64,000 bases of DNA from an uncultured Candidatus Saccharibacteria bacterium (GTDB lineage Bacteria > Patescibacteriota > Minisyncoccia > UBA6257 > 2-01-FULL-56-20), in contig OZ246418.1 of assembly GCA_965231155.1 (NCBI GenBank), positions 110,850 to 174,849 of the forward strand. Direction: 5' to 3'. The translations under genes and the position numbers were made by a program. How positions within the stretch are numbered: the stretch's first letter is position 1; each line of letters opens with the position of its first letter. The notes under the pieces are model-generated. The model was not told where the DNA came from. It saw only the letters and a list, made by a program, of their open reading frames with translations, and ran no database searches. Below, piece by piece: positions 58,801 through 64,000 of the stretch.

Positions 58801-58869
58801 CGCGCCAGCCATCGACGGGACTAAAGTAGCTAACACTAACACTGCTCCTACCAGTTTTTTTACAAACAT
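55804..58869 (-). CDS. large secreted multidomain surface protein (PG-binding, Ig-like, lectin-like and two dockerin-like domains)
   Basis: Signal peptide; coiled coil; TAAAVVQFQAKYGI..TGYVGPLTRGKLN (PG-binding); LTVRYPNGGE; SGKIGFYS beta-sandwich; GDVNRDGAIT..ADVDGNGAIE and GDFDRDG..GDGTGDGRIT pairs. Confidence 0.85.
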   Translation of the reverse strand: MFVKKLVGAVLVLATLVPSMAGAQSTSDLQAQIASLMAQIQQLQAQLAQQQGGGEGRWCHTFNADLTVGAVGEEVSALENALAREGYNVEHSSNFSSIFSENTAAAVVQFQAKYGIRQTGYVGPLTRGKLNSLYGCEILPPSDNSIKARLNVPFTLKIRQEAVVTDYKNVEISLDSITQAAIYCIQAPCPQPPAYAVLSVSDQQLNKAESFSMKAGDKRQIFGMEISMTSVGGQQATMVVSTVSDPEPVKVSEQVKCVFNGSNTEQRCYTATDQTSPYHELGCSSQPGQDACVVNVTGNRGDAITWKSSCGEYAYTTMDGTNEYATFQCSTTPQLSLTVRYPNGGESLQRGASDVITWTQNLSKPVNIYLQPYSTPPQCSYTNPPCALPTVMLAPYQIAANVLPQAQDKQVYNWEVGRSTISGGAIPDGVYQVSICTVATGRERIYCDQSDSFFKIFSGDNNSTSTPTTLSFGGYNWTPLYVTFGSNYANGYGNWIVDQEGMKQETASSLHYKIVARSMAAMSDYDVQAVVRFRSGSEIGLCGRMDDNGRGYCLTTAWGGSNTATLSIFKNADQDVNYMDVDGWPQVPISPNTDYILKLRFQGNMIYGKAYPAGGTEPDWQMKVSDTQFSSGKIGFYSYAGRPIIKSVSVVGLSQTTPPTVTLSANPTSIVSDGKPGTVVLSWNSTNANSCAYEKTNLATSGSMPVSLTQTSIYTISCTGPGGSTTSNPVTVVFSPFVSSPIIINAPEVAGAAPGKLVSFVVNVTPVATLTSVPIIVQASNLPLGSRFLRKGDVNRDGAITQTDSVIILRTSLGTYQADSEQRILADVDGNGAIEKADSDIILHALLTPPLNVLPNTYVFLWTPTASQAGSSNNVEFYANTYRLDASDRKTTVITVAGESTPTSTILISCTMPGAVKVGDFDRDGSISLTELSRMANINAGSTPTADELKIGDGTGDGRITTADITIATQNRVGGSQCVAGPTTSTTSSSTQASNASPQQMASILDGLQSWILQIQATLGR

Positions 58870-58979
58870 GTAATTAGAAATTTTAAGGGAGACTTTTGAC
58901 GCATTTTTGCGTTTGAGGAAAGTATATCACACTCGGGGGGGCGTATAACCCAACTAGAAATTCTAGCTTTCCATATGAG

Positions 58980-59051
58980 TGCCCTCGGAGGGAATTGAAC
59001 CCCCATTTTCTCCTTAGGACGGAGCTGTTCTATCCGTTGAACTACGAAGGC
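58980..59051 (-). tRNA. tRNA-Arg(CCT)
   Basis: GCCTTCG acceptor, D-loop GGA (A20), CTCC-GT-CCT-AA-GGAG anticodon arm, GGTTCAATTCC T-arm; no encoded CCA. Confidence 0.9.
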
Positions 59052-59150
59052 AATGACCCTCTGATAGTATCTGTCTAGCTCTTCTAAGGCAAATATAATC
59101 GAACCCTAAAGTTCTTCTCTGTTTCATGATATCTGAGTACGATTATGTGT

Positions 59151-59858
59151 ATGAGGCAGCAGTTTAAGAATTTTAAAAAGGAGGCCATCATCCTAAGAGG
59201 AAAGGGCAAGACGTATGCGGAGATCCGATCCATCCTGGGAGCAAACGTACCAAAAAGTACTTTTTCTCTTTGGTTCCGCAGTGTTCAATTTTCAGAAAAA
59301 CAAGCGCAAAAGATTAGAGAAGCTCAGAAAATAAATATCTTCAAAGGACGCCAGAATGCCCTCATGGTTCTTGGCAATAAAAAACAAATATATATTCAGT
59401 CAATAAACTCTCGAGTGAAGCACCTCCCCGCCCTCCTTCAGAATAAAGATGTGGGAAAGATCTCATTGGGGATGCTTTATTTGGGAGAAGGAGGAAAAAC
59501 TAGAAAGAGCTCACTCATGTTTGGTAATTCTAATCCTGATATTATTCGCCTATTTCTTGGCTTGTTAAGAAACTGCTACCCTATCGAAGAACGGAGGATT
59601 CGATGTACTGTTCAGTGCCGAGCAGATCAAGATTCCGAAAAGCTTGAAGAATTCTGGGCTATGATTACACACGTCCCTCGATCTCATTTTTATAAGACAC
59701 GAATTGACCCACGTACAATTGGGAAGCCCTCAAGAAAACTTGATTATAAGGGGGTATGTCGGATAGAATACCTTTCAGCGGATATCTATACTGAATTAAA
59801 GATGATTGGCTCTTTGCTCAGTCGAAACCCTTCAGATTGGAAAGTTCCCGTAGTATAA
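59151..59858 (+). CDS. HTH plus LAGLIDADG-like protein between two tRNA genes
   Basis: N-terminal LR.KGKTY.EI...VPKST.S.W HTH; LGMLYLGEGGK, FGNSNP.II..F, YKGVC; ATG 59151 lies 7 nt after TACGAT (track start 59145). Confidence 0.75.
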   Translation: MRQQFKNFKKEAIILRGKGKTYAEIRSILGANVPKSTFSLWFRSVQFSEKQAQKIREAQKINIFKGRQNALMVLGNKKQIYIQSINSRVKHLPALLQNKDVGKISLGMLYLGEGGKTRKSSLMFGNSNPDIIRLFLGLLRNCYPIEERRIRCTVQCRADQDSEKLEEFWAMITHVPRSHFYKTRIDPRTIGKPSRKLDYKGVCRIEYLSADIYTELKMIGSLLSRNPSDWKVPVV

Positions 59859-59861
59859 AAT

Positions 59862-59934
59862 GGGCCGTTAGCTCACTTGGTAGAGCGCTTCCATGGCATG
59901 GAAGAGGCAACCGGTTCGAATCCGGTACGGTCCA
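59862..59934 (+). tRNA. tRNA-Ala(GGC)
   Basis: GGGCCGT/ACGGTCC acceptor with G3-U70, CTTCC-AT-GGC-AT-GGAAG, GGTTCGAATCC; no encoded CCA. Confidence 0.95.
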
Positions 59935-59954
59935 CTGATAAGCTCTCTTTTCTT

Positions 59955-61256
59955 TTAGCAGTTACTCCCCGCGATATAGCCGGTGGTCCAACACAACTGC
60001 AAACTATATCCCCCGGACGGACGGTCGATATTCAGAACGTCGCCGACGAGATACAGTTGCGGAATAAGTCGCGACTGCATGGTTTTGAAGTTCACTTCTT
60101 TCAAAACCACACCGCCTGAGGAAACTACGGCCTTATCCTTGCCGAGTAAACCAGACACATGAAGAGGAATACTTTTCAGCAAAGAAACGAGTGCTTTGCG
60201 GTCTTCGGATCTCACGCTGTGATTTGGCGTATCACCGTCGATGCGCGCGAGTTGCAGAAGTGGATCAACAAGTGCTGGAAGAATAAACGACGAAAGAGAA
60301 TTTCTTAATTTTTTATTACTCTGGCCGACAAGCAACGCCTGGAGTTTTTCTCGCAAGGCGCCATTATCAAGCGTCGGAAAAATATCGAGCATAATCACCA
60401 CTCCCCCACGAACGGCGGTTTTCTTTTTGGTCTCATCTTCATACTCCGAACCTTCAGCTCCATACAACAGCTCCCCGACTTCACGACTCATATTCAACAC
60501 CGTTGGACCACTGATCCCGACGTGAGTGAAAAGAATCTTTCCTTTATAAATTTTTTGTTTTACACCGCCTTTGAAGGTGGTGAGTTTAATATCCTGCAGT
60601 GATACTCCCGCCAGTTTTTTCGTCCAGGAATCCTGAAGCGCGATCGGCACTAGGGCAACATTATTTTCGGCGATAGTATGTCCGAGTTTTTTAAGCCAAC
60701 GAAAACCTTCGCCCGTTGAACCTGTCTCTGGTCGTGAGATTCCCCCGGTCGCGACCACACACGACTTGGCCTGAATTTCTGAACCATCTACCAAGGTCAC
60801 CACCATTCGCTCCGCTGATTTATTAAAAGAGATCTTCGCCACCTCGGCCTTGGTCTTGATTTTCACGCCACCGGTTTTCATGTAACGAACTAAAACATCC
60901 AAAACTGATTCGGCCTTATTGGAAGTGGGAAAAATTCGGCCTTCAACTTCTTCTTTGGTGGCCATACCGTGACTGTTGAAAAACTGTAACGTCTCCACGA
61001 CGCCGAACTGGGCAAACGCAGAAAAAAGAAACTTGTCGTTTCCTTTGTATTTCGCGAGCATCGTGCGCACCTCTGGCTTGTTGTTCGTGACGTTACACCT
61101 CCCGCCACCAGTGATTAAAAGCTTCTTGCCGAGTGAAGGATTCTTTTCCAATAGCAACACTTGCTGACCCCGTTCCGCCGCGCGCCCAGCCGCCATCATT
61201 CCCGCTGGTCCCCCGCCGACAACCACCACATCCCAGATCTGCGATTTTGAGATCAT
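59955..61256 (-). CDS. HI0933/BaiN-family flavoprotein oxidoreductase
   Basis: GGGPAGMMAA, GKKLLITGGGRCNVTN, ATGG.S.P.TGSTGEG, LFTH.G.SGP, GGYSLQ. Confidence 0.93.
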   Translation of the reverse strand: MISKSQIWDVVVVGGGPAGMMAAGRAAERGQQVLLLEKNPSLGKKLLITGGGRCNVTNNKPEVRTMLAKYKGNDKFLFSAFAQFGVVETLQFFNSHGMATKEEVEGRIFPTSNKAESVLDVLVRYMKTGGVKIKTKAEVAKISFNKSAERMVVTLVDGSEIQAKSCVVATGGISRPETGSTGEGFRWLKKLGHTIAENNVALVPIALQDSWTKKLAGVSLQDIKLTTFKGGVKQKIYKGKILFTHVGISGPTVLNMSREVGELLYGAEGSEYEDETKKKTAVRGGVVIMLDIFPTLDNGALREKLQALLVGQSNKKLRNSLSSFILPALVDPLLQLARIDGDTPNHSVRSEDRKALVSLLKSIPLHVSGLLGKDKAVVSSGGVVLKEVNFKTMQSRLIPQLYLVGDVLNIDRPSGGYSLQLCWTTGYIAGSNC

Positions 61257-61263
61257 ACAAAGA

Positions 61264-62010
61264 TTACTCCACCTCGCTCACCGCTTTGCGATAGTTACAG
61301 TAGTCACAGACTGGATTTGGTTTTGGCATCTTTCCATCTAAACATTTTTTGATATCGGTAAGCGTCCCTTCGATCCAGGAATCGTCCCCCGTGTAGGGCA
61401 GAAGATCAATATCAAACTCTAGCTTGGCATCAAAGGCCTCACGATCGGTCTTGCCATTACAGTAGACAAAGAATCCCGTATGAGAAACTTTGAGTCCGTT
61501 ATTCCGCAGTAACCACTGATAGATCTCCATCTGGCGCTTATAGCCATCCTGCCACTCGGCATCGAGATTCACGGCCGTCGTTTTACTGGTTGATTTATAG
61601 TCCACCACAATCACCTCGCCATTCTCGTCCTGCCAGAGATCGTCTACCGCGCCAGTGATCATGAGGTTCGTCGGCTTGTGGTGATACTGCACGCCTTTGA
61701 AGTTCTCGCGCCACTCGTTCATTTTCGGATGGTCGAACGGCACCGCCTTGAGGCCATAGGCCTTCATCAAAGGATGCGCCACCTGCTTCGCTCGATGGAT
61801 ATCGAACTCTTTCTTTAAAAGTGTATCAACAGCCGAGTTCAGATTGAACGGAAAACCTGGTGGCTGGCCGATACCGAGCCGACGGTCCAAGTAGAAACAC
61901 TTTGGACAGTGCATAAAGTTTTCTATCTTCGAGCGGGACAGCCGAAATACCTCCGAGCTTTTCGGGTCATAGACGTTTCTGGTGCGGTTGGGATTGTAGA
62001 ATTCAGACAT
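61264..62010 (-). CDS. PD-(D/E)XK nuclease (Cas4/AddB-like, with Cys pairs)
   Basis: CPKC, GAVDDL, VVDYKS, QMEIY, CDYC; no CRISPR context in the window. Confidence 0.85.
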   Translation of the reverse strand: MSEFYNPNRTRNVYDPKSSEVFRLSRSKIENFMHCPKCFYLDRRLGIGQPPGFPFNLNSAVDTLLKKEFDIHRAKQVAHPLMKAYGLKAVPFDHPKMNEWRENFKGVQYHHKPTNLMITGAVDDLWQDENGEVIVVDYKSTSKTTAVNLDAEWQDGYKRQMEIYQWLLRNNGLKVSHTGFFVYCNGKTDREAFDAKLEFDIDLLPYTGDDSWIEGTLTDIKKCLDGKMPKPNPVCDYCNYRKAVSEVE

Positions 62011-62030
62011 GGTTAGTTTTCCTCATTATA

Positions 62031-62615
62031 CTACTTCGCTCTCCTTAAACGATGTTCCACCTCGTGCATCCCAAGATCGGCTACAGTTTTCATGGCCATG
62101 AAAAACGGCAGGGAGAGCTGGTTTACTCCAAAGAAGATAAAGGTTAAGTGCATCGGAATAATTCGCAAGTATGGATAGAACATAAGAGTCCCTAGATTCG
62201 GCTTCTTCATCAGCTCTTCACGGTTATACATAAAAGAAAAAAGATGATTCAGAAAGAATACGGCCGAGGCCGAGGCCAAGGCCACTCCAGGAAAATCCAC
62301 CGAAACACCGGACCCGTGTTGCCAGAGAACCAGTAGATAGGCTAGATGAAAGGCTCCATAATGAATAAGAAAGAATCCAGCTACACCGTTTCTACCCTCT
62401 CGTGTTTCCGGAACTGGCTGGCCGTTACTTGTCAGTCCGTCAGTCGTAAATTCTTTAAGGGTGATAATACGTACAAAGTTAAAGAAACCAATCGTCACAC
62501 TTTGCGCCCAGTAAATCCAAAGTAGTGTGCCGATGGCCCACCCCTCGCTAATCGCCAAAAAAATTGTAAAAAGATTGGCAGCGAGAAGCGACCAAGAGGA
62601 ACGATCTTTGATCAT
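62031..62615 (-). CDS. membrane protein (DUF6498-like)
   Basis: LLWIYW..S..IGFFN, FFLIHYG.FH, MFYPYLRIIPMHL. Confidence 0.7.
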   Translation of the reverse strand: MIKDRSSWSLLAANLFTIFLAISEGWAIGTLLWIYWAQSVTIGFFNFVRIITLKEFTTDGLTSNGQPVPETREGRNGVAGFFLIHYGAFHLAYLLVLWQHGSGVSVDFPGVALASASAVFFLNHLFSFMYNREELMKKPNLGTLMFYPYLRIIPMHLTFIFFGVNQLSLPFFMAMKTVADLGMHEVEHRLRRAK

Positions 62616-62801
62616 AAGAATTGTAAAATTAATCTAACCATCCGTTCTTTACCTTTTCAATCACTCTTGGCTTGGTAAATAATTACACCCTTATTTTTTT
62701 GTATCTTTTTCGATGCCATGTGAAAAATCTGAGCCTACAGCTGTTTTCCCTATCATAAACCAAAAAGAGAGTGGGATACAGTTGTATCCATCACACCCTC
62801 C

Positions 62802-63206
62802 TTATCTATTAAGGTAGGTAATGGTGAGTTGCAAACAGGTGGCGAAGGTGCCCCAGAGGAGATATGGAATATTCACATAGACGATCCAACGAAGCTCCGG
62901 CGAGGCATGCCAGATGGCATAGAACGCCCAGATGAGCGTGCCGACCACAAGCAGGATATCGATGGCGGCCAGGAGATTGTTTCTGAGACCAAACTGAATG
63001 GGAGTGAAAATGAAGTTGAAAAACAAATTGAGCGCAAACGGCAGGGCCACCATCCAGGAAATCTGCCTGGTCAACGCTTTATAAAATACCGTACCGAAAG
63101 AGACGGCGATAATCGCATACAGCACCGTCCAGACCGGCCCAAAGAGCCAGCTCGGTGGCGCCCATGTTGGTTTGATCAGTTGCGAGTACCAGTTGTAAGT
63201 GGACAT
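62802..63206 (-). CDS. tspO: TspO/MBR family tryptophan-rich sensory protein
   Basis: WYSQLIKPTWAPPSWLFGPVWTVLY; PYLLW..FA..L. Confidence 0.92.
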   Translation of the reverse strand: MSTYNWYSQLIKPTWAPPSWLFGPVWTVLYAIIAVSFGTVFYKALTRQISWMVALPFALNLFFNFIFTPIQFGLRNNLLAAIDILLVVGTLIWAFYAIWHASPELRWIVYVNIPYLLWGTFATCLQLTITYLNR

Positions 63207-63230
63207 GGGGTTACTCCCCCATCATAAACT

Positions 63231-63261
63231 AAAAAGGGAGCAACTTATAGTCGCTCCCTTT
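63231..63261 (-). terminator. intrinsic terminator
   Basis: Minus strand AAAGGGAGCGACT-ATA-AGTTGCTCCCTTTTT. Confidence 0.75.
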
Positions 63262-63263
63262 GG

Positions 63264-63731
63264 TTAGATATTTATAGCTCGTTTGATTGCGGCTTCCAGT
63301 TCGAGGGGAGCATCTGTTCCTATGCGGTACACTTTTCCGTTTTTCATAGTTATCTGAACCGCGTCAAAGCCAGAAATATTATAAATCCACATCTTGGGCC
63401 ACAGCCACAACCTTATCCCCCAGCCATAGTACCAATGATTTTTTACTCGCTCGACTGAAACAATCTCACTCACTACAAAACGTGTGTGAAAGATGCCGTA
63501 GCCAAATTTGATCTGGAGATAGTTTCCATCAATGGACACCGTGAGCGTGGCGAACGATGCAAGAATAAACAGAACTAATACCATTACAGCAGTAACGGCA
63601 AGATTTGTACCTGAGTCAATGGAAGGAGGCTCGGCCCGGGCTGTAATTTGAGCCCATGCGAAGAGCACCAGCACGACAAGCGTAACAACTAGCATCAGAT
63701 ATCCAATTTGGGTGTGTTTATATGTGGGCAT
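63264..63731 (-). CDS. hypothetical 2-TM protein with PH-like C-terminal domain
   Basis: Two TMs, then GWGIR..WIYNISG.DAV.I..K.G.YRIGTD.P..L. Confidence 0.75.
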   Translation of the reverse strand: MPTYKHTQIGYLMLVVTLVVLVLFAWAQITARAEPPSIDSGTNLAVTAVMVLVLFILASFATLTVSIDGNYLQIKFGYGIFHTRFVVSEIVSVERVKNHWYYGWGIRLWLWPKMWIYNISGFDAVQITMKNGKVYRIGTDAPLELEAAIKRAINI

Positions 63732-63869
63732 AAGTTCATTTCACTAACTTTTTGGTGCCAATGGTTATTTTTTAGAGTACTAAAATTCTCATCTTCTGTC
63801 GTCTTCAAAAGTCTGTGCAAATCTTGCACAGACTGCGCCTCCTAAGACGTCATTAATACAACTTGATCA

Positions 63870-63998
63870 TTAAAAAAGGCTAGTGGAAAGCTTTCTTTGA
63901 CGAGAAGGCTTATAATCTTCTACCAAGGTTATGGGGATATCTAACCCAGACTCTTTTTTTAAACGCAACTTGGCCTGCTCACAGTACTCTTGATTATT
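63870..63998 (-). CDS. 3' end of a gene entering from outside the window, possibly an N4/N6 DNA methyltransferase
   Basis: Manual translation ...NNQEYCEQAKLRLKKESGLDIPITLVEDYKPSRQRKLSTSLF*; resembles the IDINPEYCEIAKKRL-type C-terminus of site-specific MTases. Confidence 0.35.
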   Translation of the reverse strand, partial: NNQEYCEQAKLRLKKESGLDIPITLVEDYKPSRQRKLSTSLF

Positions 63999-64000
63999 GT

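Noticed and set aside
58980-59934. tRNAs lacking an encoded 3' CCA
   Set aside because: Real, but common in bacteria that have a CCA-adding enzyme; not novel on its own.
59877-60119. 80-aa ORF in the track
   Set aside because: It overlaps tRNA-Ala and the antisense strand of the HI0933-family gene.
61264-62010. Cas4-like gene as evidence of CRISPR-Cas
   Set aside because: No repeat-spacer array or other cas gene was seen; solo PD-(D/E)XK nucleases are common.
1-64000. Alternative genetic code (TGA=Gly) as in some CPR lineages
   Set aside because: Long genes are intact in code 11 and TGA terminates genes in ATGA overlaps.

Overview
A gene-dense, moderate-GC bacterial chromosome segment using genetic code 11 (TGA is a stop, e.g. 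in ATGA overlaps). Its content suggests Patescibacteria/CPR (Parcubacteria-like); this is inference from the split ComEC, soluble TrwB/VirD4-like ATPases, a sigma4-HARE-HTH fusion, a dockerin/PG-binding surface protein and a tRNA-flanked LAGLIDADG-like ORF. Recognisable housekeeping genes include rarA, a UvrD-nuclease fusion, an M1 aminopeptidase, dus, an ABC-F ATPase, comEC, trmD, secDF, tRNA-Arg(CCT) and tRNA-Ala(GGC). The standout feature is a 12-kb tandem array (36687-48795) of seven diverged, Cys-rich, 550-590 aa cytoplasmic paralogs, with an eighth copy at 1-1566 that the ORF track missed. Each has paired zinc ribbons at both ends around a duplicated 12-residue-period solenoid-like core. 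The array lies between two paralogous TrwB/VirD4-like ATPases, the second apparently co-transcribed with trmD-comEC. Other patterns read from the DNA: many core genes look leaderless (-10 box 6-9 nt before the start codon); six orphan genes are self-contained cassettes (-35/-10 promoter, Shine-Dalgarno, own terminator); and a structured ncRNA candidate lies upstream of secD. No CRISPR array, rRNA, integrase, transposase or reverse transcriptase was seen. All family calls are from motif recognition, not database searches.
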